A DNA stretch of 64,000 nucleotides from Octopus sinensis (GCF_006345805.1 NC_043015.1:6944001-7008000); one strand, 5' to 3'. Shown: positions 25,746 through 39,664, numbered from the stretch's first letter. Made by a program: numbers and translations. Notes: generated by a model from the letters alone, not told the origin.

Positions 25746-27661
25746 CATACGTACACGCAAGCCTACCTATATTCATCATAATCTCAGCGCATTCTGTATT
25801 TGCATGTTAGTGAATGTGTGCGAATGTATGACAGCATGTATGCATTAACAAAAATTCTTATGCTTTGGAATTTTACTCCAAATTATTTTTGAGTTGTCAT
25901 GACCCATAAAAACGATATCTGTTTTACTATCACACACATCCAATTCACTATACATGCACACGTGATAGTATGTGTTTCTTAATGTATATTAGGAACGTAG
26001 AGGAACTTTAATATGGTATAGTTATATTCTTATATCTGTGGTGGTAAAGCAAACGCACTTTGATATATGCATACAAATATTTCTGTGATAATTCGTATAT
26101 ATTACTTCATTTCTTAAGTATTTGTGGGAATGCATGTATACTGTTTTTATCGCACGTTTTCATATTCTTCAGACACAGATACTCACTTATAGAAACTCAA
26201 ACACGGACACACATAAGCACACATGTACATACACGCGCACACAGACGTATGCAAATCAATTTTCATGCTTGTATATCTATTAAGCTAGATCTTGTCTCCA
26301 GCTGGAAATGTGTAATGCCTCTAACTCTGCGTGCTCTTGTTACTATAATCGTAATACTAAAATATTTTGCAATTATGTTTTCCAAAAGTATGTTGATTGC
26401 TTTAAAAAAAAAAATCACATACCGGAGGCTTCTCGCTGAAAACACCACTGGCAACACGCAGTTATACATATATAAACTCATATAAACACACCTAAAAAGA
26501 AACCCATACACATATATGCACACACGCACGCACACATATATACACACACGGAGATATAGCTATATACAGCATATAAAGAACAGTGTCAATGGTAGTACAC
26601 GACTCTACTCTAAATCATAAACGGTATCAGAAGAAACAGAAATATACACAAACACACCCACACGCATATACATATAATTCTATTTTGATGTATCCATATT
26701 TATATATACGCATACATACACGTGTATGTATATCTATCTATCTACCTACCTCTCTCTCTGTATATATATATATATATTTAATATATATATATTATATATA
26801 TATATTTGTATGCATACATTTTGAAACGTTCGGTATTAAAGAAAAAACGTTTTTCAAGTTGATCTTCAAAAGATGTCTTTTAATTAAAACTGTTTTGATT
26901 TTTCGAAGACTTCTTTATATTTCTTTTATTAGTCCTTTTTTTTTGGGGGGGGGGATTATCAGTCTTCCTTGAATCCAAGAAAGCTAACTTTGCAACACCG
27001 TCTCAATCTATTTTCAATTTTAACCATAGTAATAGCTTATAATAAGCGCGATCAGCGCTGAGCGGCAAAGGTTTATGAGAATAACTCTATAGCAAATAAA
27101 ATTCATCAACGTCGGATTTAAAGTCATATGACACTAAATCCCGGTAGATTTTTTATATCATGAATTTTTTTTATGGTTGCAACATCTTTTACGCGCGTTT
27201 AAATTTAGGTTCTCTATTGCTATAAGTAGAGCTATAATATTTAAACATATTTTTATTCTGTTTAAAATCTCTAATGCTGTAACAAGTTTCCATTTTATTT
27301 TGAGCATTGCATTATCATTCAAAAAGGTTTCTTATTGTAAATGCATGGTAAACTGCCGAGAAAGAGTTGTTTCATACCATGATGGGAGTGTGTGTCTTGT
27401 GTGTATGCGTGCTGTGTGTGTGCGCGCAGGCGCGTTTCAGACTTTCAGCTGCTTTAAATTGATAACTTGTAATTTGCAATTGTTCAGGAAAGATATACAT
27501 GATATATAATAATGTCAATTTAAAATTGAAAGTAACGACACACACTAGCGTACACACATATATATGCGCATGTATATATGTATATATACATAATTACACA
27601 CATACACACACACACACACATATATATATACACATATATTATATACACTTATATATATAAG

Positions 27662-27701
<40 letters not shown>

Positions 27702-28159
27702 GAGAGCGAGAGAGAGAGAACATAATGTCTAAATAATGAGAAAACAAAAGCAAATATTTCAGTACACCAAGAGTTCAATAGATGTTTATTGATTTTAACG
27801 TGAACGATTAAACTTTGTTAGGTGACGAATAAAAGTAGTTTCAAGACTCAGCCGTCTTGAAGAAGAGATTCGATGAGATAGCGAGAGAAAATGCCAGCTG
27901 TCCTTCTAATTATTGGAACCATTGATACGCAAAGATATCGATAGCTTGGTCTATACACTCATCAAACTCCGCGGTGTGGCTGTCATTGATAAGGTTATGT
28001 AGTAACAGCCCACGCAAGAACACACATTTGCACCTGCTCATTTACTCATGTACACAATACACGCAGAGGTACATCCATGCATACACAGACGCTCATATAC
28101 ATTCATGCACAGATATGCACACGTGTACATTCATACACACAAACATACATACATATGCG

Positions 28160-28182
28160 TATATATATATATATATATATAT

Positions 28183-28239
<57 letters not shown>

Positions 28240-28495
28240 CAGACAGATAGATAGGCAGATATATAGGCAGATAGATAGGTAGATAGATAGTAGATAGATA
28301 GGTAGATTAGGTAGGTAGATTAGGTAGTAGATAGGTAGGTAGATAGATAGGTAGATTAGGTAGGTAGATAGGTAGGTAGATAGGTAGGTAGGTAGATATA
28401 TATGTAGATAGGTAGATAAATAGATAGATAGGTAGATAGGTAGGTAGATAGATAGGTAGATAGATGAAGAGGTAAATATAGATATATACAAATAT
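28160..28495. repeat. (TA)n then (GATA)n/(GGTA)n microsatellite
   Basis: Direct reading. Confidence 0.95.
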
Positions 28496-28809
28496 ATATT
28501 AAATACTTATGCTTTTCTGCATCTCTGTATCGATTGATCTATTTCTCTATTTGTCTATGTGTCTGTCTGTCTATCTCTGTATATATGTATATATACACAC
28601 ACGCACACATACATACAGACACAAACACAGAGACACACGCATACACATGAGAAGAACCGAGCCTCCCCGAGCGATAGCTTCAGAAATCTGGTTTTCCGGA
28701 TTCTAAGGCGAATATATCTCCTCTTCCTGAACAGGACGACAATCCATCTCAGGATCACTGCTTTTTGTCAGCTGAAAGAAATGCTAACAAGGTAACAACG
28801 TGAAGTTAT

Positions 28810-28890
28810 AATAAGGTAACAAAGAAACGCCCGGCCGTGAAATCGAAACTACAATTTTACTATCACTTGTGCAACACTAACCACTAAGCA
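28810..28890 (-). mobile_element. Decayed tRNA-like SINE head
   Basis: Minus strand GGAGGCAGTTTGCTTAGTGGTTAG...GTTTCGATTTCACGGCCGGGCG (A-box/B-box like). Confidence 0.5.
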
Positions 28891-28958
28891 AACTGCCTCC
28901 ACACACATACACATACGCACGCACATACATCCACTAAACTGATGACATGAATCTGTAC

Positions 28959-29277
28959 CTAAGTAAATGTTTTTTTCTCGTGACTTCATATATATATTCA
29001 TTATTCCTTTCAGTTGAGTTCTCTGCAGAAACGTTTTTAAGTCCATTAGCGTTCCATGCCTTTCCTGGGACCGTAGTATGAATGAAGCGATGATAGAGAA
29101 ATTTCTTCCCTTCAAAGGAGTATAGACAAAGAAACCTTATTTTCCAAAGTAAATATAGGAAATAAAAGAATAAAAAAGCTGCAATACTGGGTAGTGTTCT
29201 TAACAGTACATGTTTGATAGAAAGGATCTGCACCATCCTATTTAAATCCTCCATATACATTTCGTAAAAACGTTTTA
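28959..29277 (-). CDS. Putative host exon encoding the N-terminus of a type II membrane protein (TM + luminal stem)
   Basis: Open frame [16 protein letters not shown]...[14 protein letters not shown]...NVSAENST...; acceptor gcttttatAG at 29278-29279, donor AG|GTACAG at 28958; unique non-repeat sequence. Confidence 0.42.
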
Positions 29278-29294
29278 CTATAAAAGCATATTGC

Positions 29295-29324
29295 TTATAT
29301 ATATATATACGAAAGCTTTGTGCC

Positions 29325-29399
<75 letters not shown>

Positions 29400-29507
29400 A
29401 TATATATATACACATATATGTGTGTGTATATATATACACACATATATATATACACATATATATATACATATATATACATATATATATACACATATATATA
29501 TATAAAC

Positions 29508-29539
<32 letters not shown>

Positions 29540-29900
29540 ACATACTTACATATGTATACATACATATATATATACATACTTACATATATATACATACATA
29601 CATACATACATATATACATACCTACATACATATATACATACCTACATACATACATATATATATATACGAAAGCTTTGTGCCTATATACATATATATATAT
29701 ATAGAGAGAGAGAGAGACAGACAGACAGATAGATAGATATTGAAAAATATACATACATACGTAAATAAGTATAAACATACAGGTACACATCCATACATAC
29801 ACACACCTTCATACATTACATAGGAATAGACAACGGGATATGAACCATATATGGCCATATATGAATTTTCACACACACACACACACACCACACACACACA
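29295..29900. repeat. Compound (TA)/(TG)/(TACA) microsatellite containing a duplicated unique 30-mer
   Basis: tatatacgaaagctttgtgcctatata at ~29303 and ~29661. Confidence 0.9.
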
Positions 29901-30474
29901 AACTCAAATTTTTATCTTTATATATATATGAACGACAGCATAAAATAAGTGATGTTTTCGACAGATTTTGGAAATCAGAAATAAACAATATCATGATTTA
30001 GGCGAGTAATCACTGCACTGAATAATCTAAGGTGCCTTAGCATAAGAAAGAATAGGCTGCGTTACAGTTACAAATACACCTACAGATATGTTTACCTACG
30101 TAAATAAGCATCAGTGAACAATTTTCTAAATATACTTATAGCGTGAAAAACACGAATCTAAATGTAGACTGCTAAAATATTCCCATTGATATTTAAGCTT
30201 TAATCTTTCATCAACACTGTGTTTACTTACCTCTTCATTACAAATACAAAATTAACTGAGTGAGAATTATCTTCATATTATAGCATTACGAATCGTTTTC
30301 TTTATTTATTATAGTAAGTCTTCTACACGTTTGTATTTATAATATGACAGAATCTCCCGTGGAGGATGACTTACGAACGTTCAGCTCTTGCTGGATACCT
30401 GCACAAATCTATGTACTGCATAGTAGCTCACTCCCTCTATTAGACTGATGTTGTTGGTATACCTACATACATGC

Positions 30475-30515
30475 ATACATATATATATATTAATAAATAG
30501 AACAAGGGAGATATA

Positions 30516-30557
<42 letters not shown>

Positions 30558-30629
30558 CATATATATTTGTGTTTGTATATATATATATATATATACATAT
30601 ATATATAATATCATATATATTTGTGTTTG

Positions 30630-30660
<31 letters not shown>

Positions 30661-30914
30661 ATAATATATATATATTTGTGTTTGTATATATATATACAAC
30701 TATATATATATATATATATACCACATATATATATATATATACACACATATATATATATATATATACCACATATATATATATATATATACACACATATATA
30801 TATATATATATACACACATATATATATATATATATATATACACATATTATATATATTATATATACACATATATATATATATATATACACACATATATATA
30901 TATATATTATACAC

Positions 30915-30945
<31 letters not shown>

Positions 30946-30971
30946 TATATATTATATATATATATATCCAC

Positions 30972-31006
<35 letters not shown>

Positions 31007-31101
31007 TAATATATATATATATATATTATATATATATATACACATATATATATATATATATTATATATACACATATATATATATATATATTATATATATA
31101 T

Positions 31102-31144
<43 letters not shown>

Positions 31145-31167
31145 TATATATATATAATATATACACC

Positions 31168-31198
<31 letters not shown>

Positions 31199-31302
31199 TA
31201 TATATATTATATATATACACATATATATATATATATATATACACATATATATATATATATATAATATATACACATATATATATATATAATATATATATAC
31301 AC

Positions 31303-31335
<33 letters not shown>

Positions 31336-31411
31336 TATATATATATATATATACACATTATATATATATATATATATATACACATATATATAATATATAT
31401 ATTATATACAC

Positions 31412-31442
<31 letters not shown>

Positions 31443-31464
31443 TATTATATATATATATATACAC

Positions 31465-31504
<40 letters not shown>

Positions 31505-31660
31505 ATATATACACACATATATATATTATATATAATATACACACATATATATATATACACACATATATTATATATATATATCTATATATATATATATATA
31601 CACATATATATATTATATACACATATATTATATATATATATATTTGTGTTTGTATATAAA
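30475..31660. repeat. ~1.2-kb (TA)n-CAC higher-order microsatellite
   Basis: Units (ta)n-cac; anchor tatttgtgtttgtatata at ~30564, ~30617, ~30672, ~31642. Confidence 0.92.
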
Positions 31661-31727
31661 TATATACAAGAGAGCGGCCAAACGTGACAAGGGCACTCAA
31701 CAAATTTATTGGTAGTTACATGCATGA

Positions 31728-31876
31728 ATCAAAACAGTTTGATTCAAATTCGTTGGTACTCTTGAATTTCAAATGTGATACTAGAATTCAGCCATTTTGA
31801 ATTACCAAATGAATAACGACTAGCATCACGCTTGGAAGTCAAGAGTACGAATGAATTTTAATTAAACTGTTTTGAT
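31728..31876. mobile_element. MITE-like imperfect inverted repeat (57-bp arms, 35-nt spacer)
   Basis: Left atcaaaacagtttgattcaaattcgttggtactcttgaatttcaaatgtgatactag; right ctagcatcacgcttggaagtcaagagtacgaatgaattttaattaaactgttttgat; outer 13 bp identical. Confidence 0.6.
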
Positions 31877-32166
31877 ACATAGATATATACATACATATAT
31901 ACATATAAATACAGACATATATATATATATATGTTTCTGTGTGTGTATAAATGTATTTATGTATGGAAGTATACATGTATCTACCTCACTCACTCTTTTA
32001 TACATATATATATATATGAGGGTGCACTCCCACGAGGATAGGAAATCCTCCTTTTTTGGTCGAGGGCTTAAATGCTCTTTTATCAGACTATTTCCCTCAG
32101 TCATTGCACTGTGATCTCCATAAGCTTTAAGCTTATATAAAAATACCATTATTATTAGTTACAGCA

Positions 32167-32250
<84 letters not shown>

Positions 32251-32859
32251 ATGTGTATATATATATATATGTATGTATATATGTATATACGTACGTAAGT
32301 ATGTATTCTAAGTTTTACTTGTAGCTACTTTCGAACAATGATTTAAAGTTAGTATCTAGGAATTTTGACAAAGATTTTCATCGAAATTAATCATAGTCGT
32401 TGAAACAAAATAAAAGATATCTGCGTATCGCGTGAAATACGACGTCACTGGTGATCTCTGTGTTGGCTCTAAAACAGATAGTAAAATGTTGAACATTATC
32501 TACAAAGTCAAGTCGATATTATGTGTTTGACTTGCATACGCAGTAATAAATTATTTACCACATCTTTTCCATATATATATATATATATACATATACCATA
32601 TATATATGCGTATGTGCATGAGCATATGTATGTATGCATGTGCAGAAATACATGCCTATAAGCGTGCATGCATGTCTGTGTTTGCAGAATATCTGATAGA
32701 AGGTAGTTAAATTGATTAAGGATGGGAAACATAACATGATACACCGAATGGGAATCATATTAGTGGAAAGATAAAGGGATTGCACGCATATACACACAGG
32801 TGTGTATATAACACTCACACACATATATGCATGCACAAACATAGACACACAGACAAATA

Positions 32860-32912
32860 TATATATATACTTTTACATCTACATGTATTCATATAGGTAC
32901 TACTTATAAGTA

Positions 32913-32954
<42 letters not shown>

Positions 32955-33160
32955 TATATATAATATATAACACACACATATATATATACACACACATATA
33001 TATATATATATAACACACACACATATATAATACACACACACCACACACACACATATATATACACACACATATATATATATATATACACACACACACATAT
33101 ATATACACCACACACATATACACACACACATACACACACACACACACACAATATATACAC

Positions 33161-33215
<55 letters not shown>

Positions 33216-33274
33216 ATGTATGTATATATTTATAAAGAGTGAGAGAGAGACATGTGTGTATTGATGTGTGTTTG

Positions 33275-33343
<69 letters not shown>

Positions 33344-33688
33344 TGAACGAGAAAGGAAAAGAAAGCATGCATAATGGTTAAATTGATTAAGGGTAACAAA
33401 GATTCTAAAGAAAATAGCAGCGATGAAGAAAGGAGAAGATAGGTTGTTTTCAGTACTGAGATGCGTTACATTTCTATAGTATCATCAAAATTGGTTTGAA
33501 CTTAAATTACCATTCGCCGCCAACGATTTCTTCTGTGTTGTTTCAAGACAGGTTCATTCACAGAGAGCGGTTGAGAGAGAGAGAGAGAGGGGGAGGGGAA
33601 GAGATAGAGAGAGAAAGAGAGAGTCTGAGTGGTATATGCAAAAGCATACACATACGCATGTATGTATATATGTATGAATGTGTGTGTG

Positions 33689-33746
<58 letters not shown>

Positions 33747-33762
33747 ACGTACGTACGTATGC

Positions 33763-33806
<44 letters not shown>

Positions 33807-33993
33807 TATATGTATATACGTACGTACGTATGTGTATTCGTACGTATGTTTGCATATATGTATGTATATATGTATGAATATGTGTGTGTGTATGTATATA
33901 TATATATATATATATACACACACCACACACACACATACACACATATATATAATATATATAACGTACGTACGTATGTATATGTGTATATATATA

Positions 33994-34050
<57 letters not shown>

Positions 34051-34230
34051 ATATACGTACGTAAGTTTGTGTATTCGTACGTATGTTTGCATATATGTAT
34101 GTATATGTGTTTATACGTAAATATGTAGGCTTTTATGTTTGTATGTATGTAAGTATATATGTAGTACGTACGTACGTATGTATGTATGTGTAGACAGAAA
34201 GAGAAAGAGAGAGAGCGAGAGGGTGAGAAA
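32860..34230. repeat. Two large compound microsatellite blocks ((TA),(CA),(GA),(TACG))
   Basis: Direct reading; internal duplication of gtattcgtacgtatgtttgcatatatgtatgtatat at ~33833 and ~34071. Confidence 0.9.
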
Positions 34231-36938
34231 GTGAGAGTGATGGAGACAATCTTTGAGTATGTGTTTTGTGTAGTGTGTATTTAGGTAGAGAATTGAAGGC
34301 GGAGCAATGGGGAGGAGGTGAATGTAATATCGATCATGTTAGAAGGAGAACAAGACTGATTTTCCTTAATCTTTTGAGAAGACTCTGAGAGGTTTGTCTG
34401 TCAGTCAGTGAAGGTAAGAGATCTAAGCAGCACATGAAACAACAATAACAACAGTAACAACACCAACAGCAATATGAAGGAGAACAACATCTTAGAAAAT
34501 GAAAAAGAATAAAAATGGAAATAAGGCATAAACAAAACAAAGAATACAGAACACAGCAGCAGCAGCAACAATAATTACATGCATAAAACAAGAAAATATC
34601 ATAGTAAATATAATAATACTACGAGTAGTAATAACACTGTTGCTAAGTTTAACCCAAAGCCGTCATCGATTATCGAAAACCAGTTCATTCCAAACACAAA
34701 CTACCACTGTTCTGTGCCATTTAAAACATCGATGCGCTATTTTCTCTGTTAATCACGTAAGCCGGAGGCACTACATATATATTACACAATGAAAAACACC
34801 GCGTATATCTTTTGTTATTGCTGCGGTTTCCCCTTCCTCGAACGCTAACAAATTTTTAGTTCATACATCGTGTGGAAAATGGTGAAAATCATTTCGGTGT
34901 AATAGCTAAAAGGACTAGATTCTTAAATTAAGAGTTTGATTTACAATGTGTACGCATGCACTGTTATCAAGTGTATTCTAAATTCAGTAAGAACTCATGT
35001 GTGCTTCCATATTTATATGTAAATATACATAAGTGTGTGTGTGTGTTTGTGTGCGTGTACGCATAACTAACTCTATATTCTGTATCGAGCACTCTCACTT
35101 TTCTGTCTTTTTCTCACTGAGGTGTTTAAATATACATAAAAAACACGTAGGCCCATAACTATATGGATGCGGGTACATCAGTATGTATAATGATATGTGT
35201 GTTCGCGAATATGCATGTGCTGGTGTGTGTACGTGTGTATGTTTGTGAGTGTGTGTATGTATGCATGCGTCTGAATGTGTGCATGTATCATTATATCCTT
35301 ATATATATATGTGTACATGGGTATGTGAGAATGACAGTGTTCGTAGGTGTGCGTTTGTATGAGTGTAAAATTCTCGATAAAGAAATGGTAGATAGATCTT
35401 AACTGGTTTTCTCAATTTGAAACCCTATAAACTTTTTATCACATTGAATATAATAGAACATAAGTTGATTGTATAACGAAATGTACTTATTTTTCACTAT
35501 TTATTTTTTTCTGACCGACATTGTCTAATAAAAAGCCAAAACTATTCCTCAGCAATCCCTTGGAATATAAATTTTTCTTCTTGTGCATAAACGGGCTCTT
35601 GGAATCAAACCTGAAATATCGCTGAATTTTGCCACCTACGTTTGAGATAATTATCTCAGACCATTAAATCTGCATTTACATAAATTTGAAGCAGATATTT
35701 TTGACAGAAATATAAACAATCACTTGTCATTGAGTAAACTTGTATACTATCGCTCCATTAACTAGAAGTATTAATCTAATTTTCTTTAAACCTAGGGAAG
35801 TGCGACAAAATGGTTAGTTTAGTCCCAGAGGAAACGAGAAGTGTTAAAATGGACATAGCATGGCTCTGATTTGTGATAAGCTTACCTGATCTAGATTGAC
35901 TTAGGGCTATATAACATTATTAATGACCCTGGCAATAGCCAACTGCTTCCGAAAATGTTATGAACTTCCTTTCTCAGAATCGTTTCTCGAAAATGTTAGT
36001 GAAATACATTATATTGTTCCAGATTAATCAGCAACAAAATATTCTAGCCATGATTTAGTAGCTTTGAAGAATTTGGTGATTGATTAGATTTTAATAGTGG
36101 ATATGATCAAACATACACTTTAACTTGGGCAGATAATTGTCTTGGAATTTGTGTTTTTAGTGTAGATGATGTTCGTCTGTCCTGTTCTCTGTTTCACATT
36201 ATCTTTAAGAAAATCTAGAAAACTATGCCATCTAGTTGATTAATGGTGGTCTTGTATTGACCGGAAATTTTGACTAGTGACTAATATAGATGTGATACCA
36301 TTCGAACGATTAGTTAAAATTATATTATGCTACCTTACATACAGTTAACGATGGAATGCTCACCATAGAAGCCGACACAGGACCGAAAAACTGCAGTATA
36401 TTACATATTTAACATGCTGTACATTCCTACATCGCCAGTAGCAATGTTATGAAGCTTGTTCCAATGATTGCCGACAAGTTGAGTGAATTTGGCCTGTAAC
36501 TGATACGAATGAAATAGTGCCAGCGTTGGTGGAAAAACTGTATATGAATTATACACGACTGGACATACACGACCAGTACACAACTGGACATTCATTTCAA
36601 ACAAATAGAAGGTCAATAGCAAATTGCTTTATTGATTATCTTACATTTCACTTTGTAAGGATATAATGATTATTTGTTGATTATAATGATTGCGTATTGA
36701 GATTGTAGTGTTTCTATACTGGTAAACGGAAGACCATATTTGTTCTGGAGGAAAATAGATTCAGAGAAGACTACATAAACACACAGCAGACAAAACTTCA
36801 TGGGTAAACGAACACCCTGATTGCGTCTGGACAATAGCAGCGACCAAACATGATTACTGCTTTTGTTTTTTTAACCGAATAATAACTAATGTTAATAATT
36901 TGTGATGAATAACTATAAGTTAATCGGTATTATCAGCT

Positions 36939-37168
36939 GGCGGCGAGCTGGCAGAAACGTTAGCACGCCGGGCGAAATGCTTAGCGGTATCTCGTCTGCG
37001 TTACGTTGTGAGTTCGAATTCCGCCGAGGTCGACTTTGCCTTTCATCCTTTCGGGGTCGATAAATTAAGTACCAGTTACGCACCGGGGTCGATGTAATCA
37101 ACTTAATACCTATGTCTGTCCTTGTTTGTCCCCTCTGTGTTTAGCCCCTTGTGGGTAATAAAGAAATA
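36939..37168 (+). mobile_element. SINE family A, full length, with perfect 13-bp TSD
   Basis: TSD GGTATTATCAGCT at 36926-36938 and 37169-37181; A-box TGGCAGAAACG, B-box GAGTTCGAATTCC. Confidence 0.95.
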
Positions 37169-38641
37169 GGTATTATCAGCTTTCTAACAATAATTTACTG
37201 AATTATTCTCATGATAAAGGGAAGGCCATAGTTGTAGCATTTCAGGGATTTGAACGAGCGCCTACATATTTAATTTATGGTTGAATTGATTTAGTCAACA
37301 CTTTACAAGCTACTTAGGACAAGCGTGATGCTGTGTAAACAAGCGCATTTGAGTTGCAAATTCTTTGCATCTCCAGAAGTTATTCTGTTCATCATTTGGA
37401 GCATATAAAATTCATCGTCATTACACAACAAATCACTGAATAATTAAATAACAGATATAACATAAAGGTTTGACTAAATGACACGTAATTCTGAAGAACT
37501 TGTTCATTATGCATGTAACGCTGCAAAAACAAACTTTCTTATCACATTATGATGGCAAATATCATGTAGATCTGGAAAGAACAGATATATCGTCCTGTAA
37601 AATGCGTTCATATCGGAAATGATACAATATATATTACTGTTGTTGATACACTAGTTTCTGAGAACTATTTTGATAATATAGCTTTTTCAGAGGAGCAAAG
37701 GTAACTCATATGACCTTGCAGCCACAACCTATAGGTTACTGCAACACAGATTGGTTACACCAACATACCAGCTTCTTTCATCTCAACTCGGAGATATGGT
37801 CTGGATGGTTGAAGCAGATTGGGCTTCGGTAAAGGAGCTGAAAGGCGAAGTGGTGATACTAAATGGGACGAAAGATTATGTGACATACTACATGTCTGTA
37901 AAATTTTGAGTGATCATTCAGTCGTTAAAATATATCCTTTGATGGGAGTAAAGCAGCACTGAAAAGACGGAAATAACGTAAATTATTTACATTTATATTT
38001 GTTACGGAACATACAGGCAGCTTTCTGTTAAGAAATAGACATCCATACATCATAGAATTCACCCTTTACGTATAATACCACAAACTTGTATAAATAAGCC
38101 ATTAGTACTCCACCTTAAAACACAGCACAAGAACTACAAACATAACGTACAAAGAACAAGTGAAACATCAAAAGCATGAAAGAGCGTGAGCTCAGATATT
38201 TTCTCCGAGAATTTTCTAAAAAATCTAATAGTGTTCTATCATTTTCTCGTACTGAGATATCGAGGTTATGTCTGTTTTCGTCATTTGTACATTCAACGTA
38301 AGGTAGATAGCATATTTCGTTTCTCTTTGCTCTGAATGCAAAGAAATTCCACTAACATACCAAAAAGGATTCTTTTCTCTAACTAAAAATAAAATACGTT
38401 TTCGCATTAATCTGTGAAACGTTGCATGTCATGCTTTTCTTGTGTCTTTCTACTTTCTTCGCAAACTATTATATAAACAAGAAACCATCTGGGAAGAAAT
38501 GTATGTGCCTAAATATATCTTAGATTTATGTGAATGTGCAAGTGAATTTACGTCAGTTTCGTTATACATATATTCATACACACACACATAATTATGTACA
38601 TGAATATATTCACACACACACACGCATATATATATTATATA

Positions 38642-38682
<41 letters not shown>

Positions 38683-38779
38683 TATATACTGATAAACACG
38701 GTGAATTGCACACACACACGCGCTCACGAATGTATAAGTAATGTCAGGTCGAGCGAGGGCATGCGGGTGTATGTGTGTG

Positions 38780-38821
<42 letters not shown>

Positions 38822-39186
38822 CAGAGAGAGAGAGAGAGGGAGAGCAGAGAGAGAGAGAGAGAGAGAGCAGAGAGAAATAGACAAAGAGATATTGCTTGAT
38901 GTATTCATACAGTTAAAAGGCTATGTAGGTACATGTACACAGCTCAACGAGAGGAAACCAGTTGTAACGCTATGTATGTATATTTATCGTTATCCATGTA
39001 GGTGGTTATCTTATGTGTGCTCTAAGCGGTAATATATAAAGATAAGACCAAAAAAAGGGGATGAGTATAGATGTATAAGATTGTGCCACATTTTATCTCT
39101 GAGTAATTTTAAGTGATTTTTCGCGCTAAACATATTGCCTTCAGCATTTCTAAAATAGAGTTATTTGACATTCTCATCGGCTCTAG

Positions 39187-39226
<40 letters not shown>

Positions 39227-39227
<1 letters not shown>

Positions 39228-39452
39228 TCTTTACTCTTACACTTTTACTTGTTTCAGTCATTTGACAGCGGCGAAGCTGGAGCACCGCCTTTAGTCGAGC
39301 AAATCGACGCCGAGATTTATTCTTTGTAAGCCCAGTACTTATTCTATCGGTCTCTTTTGCCGAACCGCTAGGTTACGGGGAGATAAACACACCAGCATCG
39401 GTTGTCAAGCGATGTTGGGGGGGGGACAAACAAAGACACACAAACATACACC

Positions 39453-39513
<61 letters not shown>

Positions 39514-39664
39514 GACAGGCTTCTTTCAGTTTCCGTCTACCAAATCCATTCACAAGGCTTTGGTCGGCCCGAGGCTATAGTAGAAGACACTTGCGCAAGG
39601 TGCCACGCAGTGGGACTGAACCCGGAACCATGTGGTTCGTAAGCAAGCTACTTACCACACAGCC
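39227..39664 (-). mobile_element. SINE family C (internal (TA)/(TG) microsatellite), near full length, inside (TA)n
   Basis: Head TGGCTGTGTGGTAAGTAGCTTGC...GGGTTCAGTCCC; tail AAACAAGTAAAAG...AAGAG. Confidence 0.92.

Noticed and set aside
30381-31703. Long Y/I/H/T-rich ORFs (up to 403 aa), and similar ones at 4458-4760, 9273-9791, 25351-25848, 29278-29897, 32900-34128 and 61027-61517
   Set aside because: Translations of (TA)/(CA)/(TACA) microsatellites, which lack stops in several frames; no protein-like complexity
36939-37030. tRNA genes in SINE heads (also 40650-40725 and 59780-59856)
   Set aside because: A/B boxes are present but there is no complete cloverleaf or acceptor stem, and they continue into repeat bodies with TSDs
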